Source: Octopus vulgaris
Lineage: Eukaryota
DNA: 64,000 nt
Direction: 5' to 3'
Assembly: GCA_951406725.2 (NCBI GenBank)
Contig: OX597818.1
Span: forward strand, 18,724,001-18,788,000
Shown here one piece after another: positions 1 through 13,249 of the stretch. Position numbers and translations under genes: made by a program. Each line of letters starts with the position of its first letter. Positions within the stretch are counted from its first letter, which is position 1. The notes under the pieces are model-generated. The model was not told the DNA's origin. It saw nothing but the letters and a program-made list of their open reading frames with translations, and ran no database searches.

Positions 1-14
1 TATGTTCTGTTTTA

Positions 15-350
15 TGCATGTATTCTCTTGCATACAGTTGTGTGCCTAGACATGCGTATATATATTTAAATGATAAAGTTTTACAAATTTTTACAGTTTC
101 AGGGTTGGCTCGGATCCACTTTTTCCTTTCTGGCTTTGAGAAACTTAATTTCTCAGGATTGGTACATATGCAGTGTATTACATATACCAGTGCCCCAATA
201 ATAACACACATAAACCTGAACTTGTAACCTGGGTAGAGTTACTGAAGATTTCTCAATAGTTCAGCGTAGGTATTTTCTTTTTTATTGATCTTTAGCTTCA
301 TGTTAATATCTGCTGGACAACTGGTTTCTACTACTGCACACAATTTGTCT
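15..350 (-). mobile_element. 3' fragment of a restriction-like-endonuclease (R4/Dong-like) non-LTR retrotransposon
   Basis: Translates as CAVVETSCPADINMKLKINKKENTYAELLRNLQ, resembling the REL D/E-x-x-x-P...K...Y region; nucleotide match to 47750-48100. Confidence 0.7.
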
Positions 351-1581
351 ATGTATGTATGTATATATGTATGTAGGTGTGTGTATGCCTGCGTGTGTGT
401 GCGTATGTATGTACGTACGTAGGCACGCATGTACACATGCATGTATGTATTTATCTATGGGTGTATATGATTGTGTATGTTTGCTTTTAGGTATTTCTGT
501 GTATATCTGTTGCTGATATACGCCGACGAAAGATGTAAACGTTTGCCTGAAAATCAGTGCTTTCAACAAAAATAACCTATGTTTCATTTGTTCCGCCCAG
601 TTAGACAATCCTAACCCACTCTCGCAATCGGAAATGCAATGGACCAATGATTGGTTCATTAAAAACATGTAATCGACGATACCATTGCGATAGAGAAAAA
701 CAGATAATAAAATAATTATATAATAAAAACACCACCAGATTCTTTAGACCAGCGACCAAAATACCGGTCTTACAAAATCGATATGTTTAAAATAATCCGT
801 TAACACTAACTCTGTAGACGTCATAACAAGGACTACCTCACAATAGATCATTCTATATGTGTTAATCAGCAGCGATACTATGACGTAATCAAATGACCTG
901 ACCCGACAGTGATAGAGTTTTAATATCTATTTAAATACACATAACTTACACTGTTGATATCCTACGGAAACTCGTGAACGTTACAATGACAGATTTCTCT
1001 CTGCTGCAAAGCAAGGACTTTTTTTTCTCTCTGTTTACTCAAACACTCACTTCTGTCGACCGATTATTATTATTCGACCCGGTTTCGATTTCCGATTGAC
1101 GTTAATTCCATTAAAGTTTTAGTGTTGCATAGCAATGCAGTTATTAAGTCGTTTCGGTTTCGATCAATCTGGGCGATATTTTGAGCAAATGTCTTCTACC
1201 ACGGCCGAGACCTGACAAATATTATGCGATTTGAATTTAGTGGACGCAAATTCTGCAAAAGCCCGTCGCACACACACACACACACACACACACACTGATA
1301 AATTCACACATAGTCATGCATGGGCGCATATATCTGTGTGTTCATGAAGGCGGCGAAATCTAGAGTATTAGAATGTGGGAAAAGAATGCCTCGCAGTTCC
1401 TATCTTCTGCAGTGTGAATTCAAATACTGCAGAGTTCACCTTTCATTTCTTTGGGATCGATAGAAAAAAATTAATAGTGAAGGAAGTTGAATTAGCGTAA
1501 TTGTTAGAGCGTCGAACCGAATGCTCTACGATATCAGTTCTGATCTGCACATTCTGAGCTCAAATCCCGCCCGGTCACTAA

Positions 1582-1612
<31 letters not shown>

Positions 1613-2008
1613 GGCGTAGGAGTGGCTGTGTGGTAAGTAGCTTGCTTACGAACCACATGGTTTCGGGTTCAGTCCCACTGCGTGGCACCTTGGGTAGGTG
1701 TCTTCTACTATAGCCTCGGGCCGACCAAAGCATTATGAGTGGATTTGGTTGACGGAAACTGAAAGAAGCCCGTCATATATATGTATGTGCATGTTTGTGT
1801 GTCTGTGTTTGTCCCCCCCAACATCGCTTGACAACCGATGCTGGTGTGTTTACGTCCCCGTAACTTAGCGGTTCGGCAAAAAGAGACAGATAAAATAAGT
1901 ACTAGACTTACAAAGAATAAGTCCTGGGGTCGATTTGATTGACTGAAGGCGGTGCTCCAGCATGGCCACAGTCACATGACTGAAACAAGTAAAAGAGTAA
2001 AAGAGTAA
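1613..2008 (+). mobile_element. tRNA-derived SINE, family A
   Basis: A box TGGCTGTGTGG, B box GGTTCAGTCCC, internal (TG)-rich tract, (GTAAAAGA)n tail; at least six other copies in the window. Confidence 0.85.
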
Positions 2009-3589
2009 ATAAATAAAATAACGGTGACATTTCTGTCAAAAATTGCTGGGGCTCTAAAGGTGATGTAGGCAATGGAAGACTAATTAATATCATATTATTT
2101 TTGCTTCAATCGGAAGAGTGGCTGCAATCACCACCACTTGTGCATATGTGCATGTGTGTATGCGTGCTTGTGTGTGTGTGCGTGTATGTATGTGTGTATG
2201 TATATATGTTATGTGTGGGGTGTATGTGTGTGTGTTTATATATACCTGTATAAATGTCGATGTGCCGCGTTATGCACGTTAAAGTCAATTCATAAACAGT
2301 TATCAATAAAATAAATCATAGATTCGAAACAAGTTGCGTGTATAGAAGGATATATCTACATCTGGACATACACCTCCTCATACCTGAATGCTTTTGTTTA
2401 TACCAATGCCGCATTAACTTGACGCTGGGTGGTATGTCGCACCTAATAGGTTTTTTTTATCAGCTTAGAGGATTCAACTAATGGGAGGTAAACTGCTTTG
2501 CCCAAGGACACAATGTTTCTCTCAGACAAGCAATCGAAACAACAACCTTTTAATCAAGAGTCCATTTACCTAACCACACGTTTTTCGCATTGCAAAATGT
2601 AACTGGGCTCAAATCCTTGATGAGAAGAATAGTCGGTCCATTGAAAGTAACCAGTAAAAGCAGAAATATAATGAGGATTATAATATTACATTCATCCTTC
2701 TCTTACAACACCAATACATCTATCGAAATTTTCTGCCACATCAAAAGATACAATTTACTCAATGTTCCAGATCAGTGTTTATCTTAAGGAGGTGGAACCT
2801 GTGAGGATTGAAGAAATTTTAGAAAGTATAATTGGCCGTCAGTTGCGATAGAGTACGACTTGGTATAATGATTTCGTTATCTGTCATGTGTCTATATAGT
2901 CGCGGGAAACGCTCTTGACTCTCTGATCCTTGACATAGTGGAACAACGAATATGTGACAACTGGAAAAAAAACAGCTGCACTGGCACATGACTACTTCTC
3001 ATTACATCTGTAAAATAAATGTCTTCCTGAAGTGCTTAACGTGTTGCCAGGTCCAGAAATCGGATCCATGAGTTTTTGATCATGAGCGGAGCATCCTAAA
3101 AGCTAACACGTACATCTTCACAACAATTGAGAAAAAAATGGGAGTCAAATTGTTATGCTTAATAAAATTATGATGAAGTTTGAAGAATTACATGGATGCA
3201 AGGAGTATTTTTTCGTTCATTAAAAGTGAGTTTGTAGAGGATGGTCTAAAAATTTCACTATTCAAATCAGAGTAGTGATTAACACGGACCATGAGGATGG
3301 GAATAATACGCATAGCGATAGGGAGAGAAGATACTACTGAGCCGTGATTGATTTAATAGAAGTGACAGGCAAACATGCGTTTCCGTTGCGCAGAAGCTCT
3401 TGAAGTTGTGATAGAAATTACGGAGAGATTGGAAACTTAAACCTATCGTGAAATTACGTTAGATTACAGTGTGTAATATAAATTTTGTCCTTGGGTAGCC
3501 ACTGTTATTTCCTATTTCTTTACTCCTAGAAATTATGAAAAATGGCTAATATTTCCTTCAAACTTTGCTCTTATTTATTCAAACTATAA

Positions 3590-3745
3590 AGCATTCCTCT
3601 CAATACATGGCTATGATGCTCCATCACTACTGCTCCTCATGTTCAGAGATGCAACTATTGTCAGCCACTAAGGGGCAAGCTCAAGTGGTTAAGGTCAAGC
3701 AACTGACAGGAAAACCTGTGGTATTTGGTATGATATTTCTGCTTT
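3590..3745 (-). mobile_element. fragment of the non-coding (AAT)n-associated interspersed repeat
   Basis: Reverse complement matches about 55870-56025. Confidence 0.6.
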
Positions 3746-5076
3746 AGCAACTCTGCACTGACATTGTCTGGAAGATAATAGAAAATAGGTAAGTTTCGAA
3801 ATACTGACGTCCGGTTACAAAAGCAAACATTGAAGGGAATAGTAATCATTTCGTTTGATTTTTAGACAGAAGCTAATAAGAAATAACACTTACTGGCCAA
3901 AAATCAAAAAAATAAAATAAAAATGTTGTCATAATATTATTGTTCCGTACTTGCTATACTGCACTGCCTATTAGGCACGTATTAAAGATACATTGGAGTA
4001 TCAATGTGTTGGCGTATATCATATAATACTGGTAAATTGTAGATATGGCGATTTGTAATTTAACGTGGTTTATAGCACTGCGAGAAAGGCAGAGAAATTT
4101 GGGAATGGATCTGATATTTATCAGTCTGCGAATTATTGAGCAAGACCCTGTCCAGAGAGACACCACTTAAATGACTGACTGACTGACATGATGTCACTCA
4201 CCAATACATTCTAATCACTGGCCCACAGGTTTGCTCTATTCTCTAGCTATTCTATCTTTACTGCAATAACCTCCGTGTCTCGGTGCTGGATAACCTCTTG
4301 CCATAACCAGTCAGATAATCACAGCTCACTCAACCCGCTCTTTTCCTCACCCATATCGATTCCTTCCAGCTTCCACCCATTCCTTCCTTCCTTCTTAGAA
4401 TGTCATTCCTCTAGAATCCTTTCCTTGCACATCTTTTTCTCTGCAGATATTGACTTACAAGAGGAACGTTAACCGCGTCCATCTTATGAATTTAGAGGGC
4501 CTATAAAAACCACGAACAAAATCTTTCCCTCCAGATAAATAAACAAAACAAACTTACACTTCTTTTAGTCAAGAGAAGCGAGCAACTTAACACATTAGTG
4601 ACAAATTCGATGTAATATGAGAGAGGAAATTGCGAGTAAAAATTGAAATCTTTATATTGGGCGTCATTATGAAATCATGATGTAACAGAGAATTTTTTTA
4701 TTTTATTCCAATTTAGAAGGAAAAAAAAATATTTAGAATACAAGAACAGTTAATTTAGGAAACAAAGCATCGAGAGGTATTCGAACAACCGAGAGACAGT
4801 TTTTGTTGTTGTTGCTAAACTCATATCAACACCCAAAAGAGCAGACATATCTAGGACAATATTATCAATGGTAGTCTTTATGTTTTCAAAATTGCCTGGT
4901 ATTCTTTAAAGCAAATTTTATTCCTATTCCAAGAAGGTTCAGTGACCGCGTAGATTACAGCGATGTAACCCGCTGAGCTTCAGAACAGGCGAGTATTTAT
5001 TCATAAATGATAAATCAAAACCAACCACTTGTAACTGACATTGTGTTTCTACAAACAATACGTAATTTCTAGATCC

Positions 5077-5402
<326 letters not shown>

Positions 5403-5542
5403 TACGGAGATGTACTCGCATAGCAAGTAATTTGATCTGAGATCGTGTGCTGAAACGAAAACAATTGCAGCGTGGGAGGTGTTTATAAGCCATTTAAGAA
5501 ACACACAAAAGCCGTTCGATTCACTCCAACATTTAAGTTTAA

Positions 5543-5592
5543 TTTGTCAAAATATTTTCGTCGCTAAAATCCGCGACCTGTTCACTGACAAA
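5543..5592 (-). ncRNA. minimal type I hammerhead ribozyme variant (G3-C8 core)
   Basis: UUUGUCA-GUGAACA-G-GUCGC(loop 8)GCGAC-GAAA-AUAU-UU-UGACAAA. Confidence 0.75.
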
Positions 5593-6560
5593 GTCCGTGC
5601 TGCATCTAAGAAAGTAACAGTTAGTTCGTCATATATACGTATGTACGTATGTATGTGTGTATGTATGCATACATGTGTGTATGTATGTACGTATTCATGT
5701 CCGCACATACGCCTGTGTATGCATGTATGTATGTATGTATGTATATATGTATGTGTGTGTATAAGCACGCACATACACTCTATAAAACATAAAGTTATAA
5801 ACCTGTAGCGATGGATGGATGTAGAGTGACCACTCATCACAACGCTATCAAATTTCAACTCCCTACGGCCGAGGCTAGAAAGTGAATTTATGACGCTTGC
5901 TCACAAGAACTATACCCTAAAATCTATTATCAGATTTTTATCTCTATATCACAGAACTAATGTTTTACTATTGTTCGTATGTATGTATGTATGTGCGTAT
6001 GTATGTATGTATGTATGTATGTATGTATGTATGTATGTATGTATGTATGTATGTACATACGTACGCATGTGCGTATGTATGTATACGCGCCCGTATGCAT
6101 GTGCCCATGTATGTGTGTGTGTACATGTACGTGCGTATGTACGTGTGTATGCCCATACGTAGGTATGTATGTATGTTTGTATTCATGTGCTACGTATGTA
6201 TGTGAGTGTCTAGGAGAATGGGCAGATGTGTCCGTGAGAGTGTGTACATGTGTATGTGTATGTGAACGTATGTCCGTGTACTGGCATGTGTCCGTCCAAG
6301 TTGTGTACATGACTGTTACTTAGCTGAAGGTTGTATACATATTTACATATATGTTTGTATAGACGCACACACATATATATATATGTGTGTGGGTGTGTGT
6401 TTGTTCCTCTCATCGTCGTCTAACCGTGAATGGGTACAACGCCTAGGTGCGACTGTTCGTATCAAACAACGTCTGCTCATACCGTTGTATATAACTGCAC
6501 ATACGCATTGCAACCTGTATGTAAGGACTACAGGTGAAAGGGAGAGAGAGAGAGGGGTGG

Positions 6561-7052
6561 TTATAGAATAGTCCTTCTGAATGGGATCTGGATGTTATTC
6601 CATTCGGACTTTCGGTTGAGAGTAGGTTTGTATTCTTGTATACAAACAGCTTCTGTGACCTGTCTCAACATTGCATCGGTGGGATGTGTAGATAGGATGT
6701 TCAACTTAAGCTCCCCTAAGGATCCCTTGTGGCAGTCTACAGCATGTTGGTAGAAGATGGAGTTTGGCTTCCTTTCAATGTAGTTGTCCAGGTGTTCTTT
6801 GAACCTATCATTGATGCTTCTAGAGGTCTCACCTATGTATGACTCCGGGTTAGCCGCGCAAGCTCCCTCCTGGCACTTAATCTGGTATACAGTGCCCTTG
6901 GTTTTACAATTTACGTGTGGATTTGTCGAACACACTGCACAATTACTCTGACAGGTGATTCTATTAAATGGATATGATCTGCATAATGCCGATTTGATAG
7001 TCCTACCTGTCTTTTCTACAACTTTAACTTTTAGGCCCGTAGTCCTGCGCAC
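6561..7052 (-). CDS. 5'-truncated Penelope-like ORF: Cys-rich linker plus GIY-YIG endonuclease
   Basis: GTVYQIKC...SYIGETSRSINDRFKEH...RQVTEAVCI...LNRKSEW, preceded by C-x3-C-x2-C-x7-C; the track start codon is created by the palindrome centre. Confidence 0.85.
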   Translation of the reverse strand: MRRTTGLKVKVVEKTGRTIKSALCRSYPFNRITCQSNCAVCSTNPHVNCKTKGTVYQIKCQEGACAANPESYIGETSRSINDRFKEHLDNYIERKPNSIFYQHAVDCHKGSLGELKLNILSTHPTDAMLRQVTEAVCIQEYKPTLNRKSEWNNIQIPFRRTIL

Positions 7053-7528
7053 TACGGGCCTAAAAGTTAAAGTTGTAGAAAGACAGGTAGGACTATCAAA
7101 TCGGCATTATCAGATCATATCCATTTAATAGAATCACCTGTCAGAGTAATTGTGCAGTGTGTTCGACAAATCCACACGTAAATTGTAAAACCAAGGGCAC
7201 TGTATACCAGATTAAGTGCCAGGAGGAGCTTGCGCGGTAACCCGGAGTCATACATAGGTGAGACCTCTAGAAGCATCAATGATAGGTTCAAAGAACACCT
7301 GGACAACTACATTGAAAGGAAGCCAAACTCCATCTTCTACCAACATGCTGTAGACTGCCACAAGGATCCTTAGGGAGCTTAAGTTGAACATCCTATCTAC
7401 ACATCCCACCGATGCAATGTTGAGACAGGTCACAGAAGCTGTTTGTATACAAGAATACAAACCTACTCTCAACCGAAAGTCCAGAATGGAATAACATCCA
7501 GATCCCATTCAGAAGGACTATTCTATAA
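7051..7528 (+). pseudogene. inverted copy of the GIY-YIG ORF with multiple 1-bp indels
   Basis: Reverse complement of 6561-7043 with mostly homopolymer deletions (AAAA>AAA, GGG>GG, GGGG>GGG); may be sequencing error. Confidence 0.75.
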
Positions 7529-8507
7529 CCACCCCTCTCTCTCTCCCTTTCACCTGTAGTCCTTACATACAGGTTGCAATGCGTATGTGCAGTTATATAC
7601 AACGGTATGAGCAGACGTTGTTTGATACAGAACAGTCGCACCTAGGCGTTGTACCCATTCACGGTTAGACGACGATGAGAGGAACAAACACACACCCACA
7701 CACATATATATATATGTGTGTGCGTCTATACAAACATATATGTAAATATGTATACAACCTTCAGCTAAGTAACAGTCATGTACACAACTTGGACGGACAC
7801 ATGCCAGTACACGGACATACGTTCACATACACATACACATGTACACACTCTCACGGACACATCTGCCCATTCTCCTAGACACTCACATACATACGTAGCA
7901 CATGAATACAAACATACATACATACCTACGTATGGGCATACACACGTACATACGCACGTACATGTACACACACACATACATGGGCACATGCATACGGGCG
8001 CGTATACATACATACGCACATGCGTACGTATGTACATACATACATACATACATACATACATACATACATACATACATACATACATACATACATACATACA
8101 TACGCACATACATACATACATACGAACAATAGTAAAACATTAGTTCTGTGATATAGAGATAAAAATCTGATAATAGATTTTAGGGTATAGTTCTTGTGAG
8201 CAAGCGTCATAAATTCACTTTCTAGCCTCGGCCGTAGGGAGTTGAAATTTGATAGCGTTGTGATGAGTGGTCACTCTACATCCATCCATCGCTACAGGTT
8301 TATAACTTTATGTTTTATAGAGTGTATGTGCGTGCTTATACACACACATACATATATACATACATACATACATACATGCATACACAGGCGTATGTGCGGA
8401 CATGAATACGTACATACATACACACATGTATGCATACATACACACATACATACGTACATACATATATATGACGAACTAACTGTTACTTTCTTAGATGCAG
8501 CACGGAC

Positions 8508-8557
8508 TTTGTCAGTGAACAGGTCGCGGATTTTAGCGACGAAAATATTTTGACAAA
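8508..8557 (+). ncRNA. minimal type I hammerhead ribozyme variant (G3-C8 core), second copy
   Basis: tttgtca gtgaaca g gtcgc ggatttta gcgac gaaa atat tt tgacaaa. Confidence 0.75.
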
Positions 8558-8634
8558 TTAAACTTAAATGTTGGAGTGAATCGAACGGCTTTTGTGTGTT
8601 TCTTAAATGGCTTATAAACACCTCCCACGCTGCA

Positions 8635-8686
<52 letters not shown>

Positions 8687-11600
8687 TATATATATATTTG
8701 CCTATTTGTAATGCAAATTCTTGCATTCCATCTACCTCACTAAATTCATATCGCTCTCACTCTTCTCATCTCTCAACACGGTTAAGCATTAAACTCATAC
8801 TCTTTATTACACCATCCTGACATTATTGATATCTCGTCGTTTAGTTAATATTAGTTTATCGCAGTGCTATAAACTATATCTAACTCCAAAGACGCCATTC
8901 TCACAATGTAACCATATTGCTTGAGATACACCAACGCATTCTAGCTAGAAGATATCTTTAAATATTTCAGACAATATTTAGCTCTGTACAGCAAGTATGA
9001 AATGATAATCTAATGTAATTTCATGGCAAGTTTCAATCTCCATACAACTAATTTTACTTCGCTGATGCAATTATTTTGCATCGGTGAAAAACATGAGTAT
9101 CATAATCTGAGATAATACAGTCCCTCTGAAAATCTTTGTCTTATTTAGGAATAGCAGCACCAAAGTAATTTCTTTCTTTTTTGTCTGAGGGCGTTTAATT
9201 GAGGTGAATATCTCTGAGTTTTAGTTGTTCTCTTTTCTTCTTGTCGCTATATATTTGTGTTAGTTTTACTGCCCTTAGAAATAGGTAGAAACATTTGTAT
9301 GTGGTGTACGTCCATTCCACCAGCAGCTAGACATATTTACCCAACAGCTGTATTTGCCATTATTTCTTGATGTCAAATAGATTTGCCAACAAGAATTGTT
9401 GTGTTTGGGCGAAATCTACTCATTTGAAAAACTTTTGTCTGACATTCTATAACAACATATGCAGCCAACCATTGAATGCGTAAGTCTGGTGGGAGATTTC
9501 CCCTCTTTACCTCCGCTACTTAACCATCTTAGTAATAAGAATGGCAAAAAACCTATGGAATATCAGTGTCTATTCAGACACTTTCTCCGACAAGCAAGTG
9601 TTATGGTTATGCTTCTTAGCATGCCTTTCTGAAATGATTCTCACTTCTACAGGCCCATATCGTCTGGTGTGAATGATGAAAATCACGTCTCTCGATCTGC
9701 CGGAACTTCTCTGCCCACCTACTCTTCATCCATTTGAATTGATTCATTACTGCCCTGCTGTTCACGCGTTCCGTCATATCGGGAGTTGGGAAACGATTTT
9801 TTTATCTGGAAAACTGTAAAACGGACTTCTTTACCGCCTTCAATTTTCTGCTTGTATTTTAGGATGCCATGTTTAAATCTGCAGGTAGCTCTGACAAAAC
9901 AAATATACAACTTAAAAGGCAATTGTGACGTTATTGTTATACTGGTCAATATAGTACTCGTTGTCGCTATTATTCCATTAATTGTCGCTGTTGTTGTTAA
10001 TGCTGCTGTTTCCCGTTTCTGGCGGCCATGATGGATGTAACGATGGCGATTGTTCTGATGCTAGTGTTCTTTACGCACCATTTCCATCCGGGGAAGCACC
10101 ATTCTGCTTATTGCTCCGCGTAGCATCCACATTGGCCATGGTTGTACTAATGTTGTTATTCGTGGTGGTCTTACTGTTACTACTGGTGATGATGATGATG
10201 GTAGTGGTGGTGGTGGTGATAACACAAGAAAAGTCAACAAAATATACTGATAAATTATTAACAGTTTGCCTATGAAATGCCTGAACAAAATGAAAATGAA
10301 ATGCATGGAACAAAGAGAAGATGAAGTCAAATGTGATGTACTCTAAAGTACAGAATAGCACCAGGAACAGCAAGAGGTGGCCTGTAACAGTAATTAGCGA
10401 CTATAAATAGTTCAAATTAAGGATTTTGTTGCGAAGAAAGGGAAAAGCGTAAGGTTTCAGGCAGTAAGTACATACATATTGTCGGAGTGCGATGTTTGAT
10501 GATCATACTGAATAAGTACCAAATATTCTCAGTATCAAAAAGAGTACTGACTGAAGTCTTTCTTACGTGCTTCGTCTTCCTCACGGAATTAATTTTTTAC
10601 TTCCCTTTGATTTGTTTATATTAAACCAATTGTAATTTGTTGTTTAAATTAAAGAAAGATTGAAATTAAAGACAAGTGAGCCAGATACTTGGAGACGAAT
10701 AAATAATGATGTTAATATATAGAGATGTAAACATTAAGTTAATTTGCTTACAGAAATTAACGGTTAGAGTGATATGTATTGATGTAAACAGTGTTGGGGA
10801 AGAATGGTTACAGAAGTACAAAGTCCGTTACATATAAAAGCAGATGTGAAATATGAGCTTTTAATGATACAGACGTGAACAATTTGAAAAGTAAGATGTG
10901 AACGCACGGGAAATTATACATGCATAGGTAAACAGTAAATGAAAAATGTCTAGAAATGTTAACAGCTGGGAAGATAAACATACATATCTGAACAGCTGTA
11001 TGGAGTATATGTATGAATGTATGTATGTTTGTGTGTCTGTGTGTGTGTGTGTGTGTGGGGGGGTTATCGTCATCTTTTGTTCTCTTTCTCCATTCCTTTT
11101 CATACCGAAGCGTCTGGTTGTATTTTCTCGTCTCCCACTTTTCGCTATGTTCTGTCCTTCTCTTTCTAATCCTTTAGGCTATTCCTCTTGGCGTTAACCA
11201 TATTTTCGTCTCCTGTCTGACCCTAAGTCCGTATTCTGTTTATTTATTTCAGTTTGTTCGTATGTCTTGCTTGTTTTCGTCTTTGTACCTCGTCTCCACT
11301 AATGGTCTCATCTTGAATCACATTTATTCACGTTTGTATGTTCACTTTCTGTATTACATATCTGTTAATTTTTTGTTTGTTTGTTCACTTTCTGTCAAGC
11401 TTGGTCCCTTGTTTGTTGGCTCACCATTTTCCAGCGGCTTCTTGCAGCCGGCGCCACCAGAAGGGAGCCAATATTATCATTGAAGGGGCAAAATTCCGTT
11501 TGACTCTCTGGTCGATAACTGAAGAAGATTGTGTTTATTCCTCATCGTTCAAGCGGTGTGAGATCGTGCGTTATCTTGCTGCAGACGAACTCATTTTCTG

Positions 11601-11775
11601 TTAACCAATGCCATAAAATGGCATACATCCGCCGCATAATGTTATACATCATCTTCAGCTGTTCGGAGTACAGGTTAACCATCGATGGTTAGACCGTCCG
11701 GAATGAATTCGTAGTGAATTATTCCCTCATAATTCCACTACATGCAAAGTATCACATTGAGTTCGAAACGTACAG

Positions 11776-12112
11776 TTTTGGTGACAGATTCTGGAAGCTG
11801 GCTCTTACTTAACCACTGCTTATCTACGTTAAGATTGGGGAAAATATATCTCTCGGATTATTATTGCTCAATGTAAACCTGCTCCGGATATGAACTCAGA
11901 ACATACCTGTATGTATGACATTTTGTCTAGGGCTATACCATTTATGCCCATTTTTGGCGACAGGTTCCGGAAGCTGCCCCTTGCAAAGCCGCTATTTACG
12001 CACGTTTGGATTGCAGAAAAATATCTCCTTCGAGTTATTATTTGCTCAATATAAACCGCCTCCAGTTGTAAACTCAGAAAGTTATCAGCATTTTGGCGAG
12101 CACTATACCATC
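11776..12112. repeat. diverged two-unit tandem repeat, period about 176 bp
   Basis: ttttggtgacagattctggaagctg...ttgctcaatgtaaacc...aactcagaa at 11776 recurs as ttttggcgacaggttccggaagctg...ttgctcaatataaacc...aactcagaa at 11952. Confidence 0.7.
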
Positions 12113-12289
12113 TCTGATCTCTCACCAACGGAAGCAATATATGCAACAGATTAGTTGTTTCGACAAAACACGGCAGTCAATAGCAACAACAGCAATAACC
12201 ACAACATGAAGTAAACACAGCAACAATGTCTCAACTATTCCATTACGACAACCACTATCAACCACACCATCACATCTACCACCACAAGC

Positions 12290-12806
12290 ACCACCGCCAC
12301 CGCCACCTCCACCACCTCAACCCTCCTTCTCCCTCCTCCCCCTTCTCATCATCCTCATGATCATGATCAGGATAATGATGTTGATGATGATGATGATGAT
12401 GATCATCATCATCATCATCATTGTCGTCATCATCATATAATAAATACTGCAACAATTACATGGGTAACTCCAGCATATCGGTCACGAGTCGTCAACATTA
12501 TCATTATCGTCACTAAAATCAACGACATCATCACATTATCACCGTCAACGTTTCACCATTGTTTAAGTTAGTGAGTCGCCATCATCATCATCACCATCAT
12601 CATCATCATGAACACCATCATCATGAACACCATCTTCATCGTCATCAAACCATTGACACCATCATCATCACCGTCGTCGTCGTCGTCGTCATCATCATCA
12701 TCATCATCATCATCACCGTCGTCGTCGTTGTCCTCCTCCTCTTCCTCCTCATCATCATCGTTATTATCGTCGTCATCATCATCCTCATCCTCCTCCTCAT
12801 CAAAAC

Positions 12807-12837
<31 letters not shown>

Positions 12838-12860
12838 CTATTATCGGTTGTCATCAACAG
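12290..12860. repeat. compound trinucleotide low-complexity tract (CAT/CGT/CCT/CAC)n
   Basis: Directly visible. Confidence 0.9.
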
Positions 12861-13249
12861 CAAGAAAAAGACCCATGAGTTTGGAGAAACTACATACCCC
12901 CCCACCCCCGATTCCAAACTGCACTCGCATCCAATTCCGTAGAACACTTCTCCCACACTCGTTTTACTAAATCAAATATGGCGGCTGATGTACTGATAGA
13001 AAGAGTGCAAGCAAATACGTGCAGTTTTCAATTCACCTTTATATGATGCAGCTCTGACAACACCAGCACCAACACCATCAGCATCGACGCCGCTGACGTT
13101 ACTATCATCGCCAACACTGCTGAAGGAGATAGCAAACACAGGCATCTGATTGGTTCAAAAACGGGTCAGTTATTTTCTAAAGAGCGACCGATTTTATCAC
13201 GTGCCAGGCAGTCTGTCACTGCGTAAACGAGTATATACACGTACACACG

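Larger units (their letters stand above)
5403..8639. mobile_element. Penelope-like element as a head-to-head palindrome (arms 5461-7043 and 7051-8639, 7-nt spacer, extra tail 5403-5460)
   Basis: Arms are reverse complements; GIY-YIG ORF at the centre, hammerhead motif near each outer end, (TA)n on both sides. Confidence 0.9.

Noticed and set aside
1613-1690. tRNA-like sequences at SINE heads
   Set aside because: A/B boxes without a complete cloverleaf, fused to repeat bodies; SINE promoters rather than tRNA genes
7600-7635. SECIS-like ATGA...TGAT downstream of the GIY-YIG ORF
   Set aside because: Stem too short, no apical AA motif, and no in-frame TGA in the ORF fragment
9280-9900. Complex coding-like stretch
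   Set aside because: Stops in the frame I read and no recognisable motif; left unassigned
12559-12970. Poly-His, poly-Ser and hydrophobic ORFs
   Set aside because: Translations of (CAT/CGT/CCT)n microsatellite in several frames; no domain or splice support
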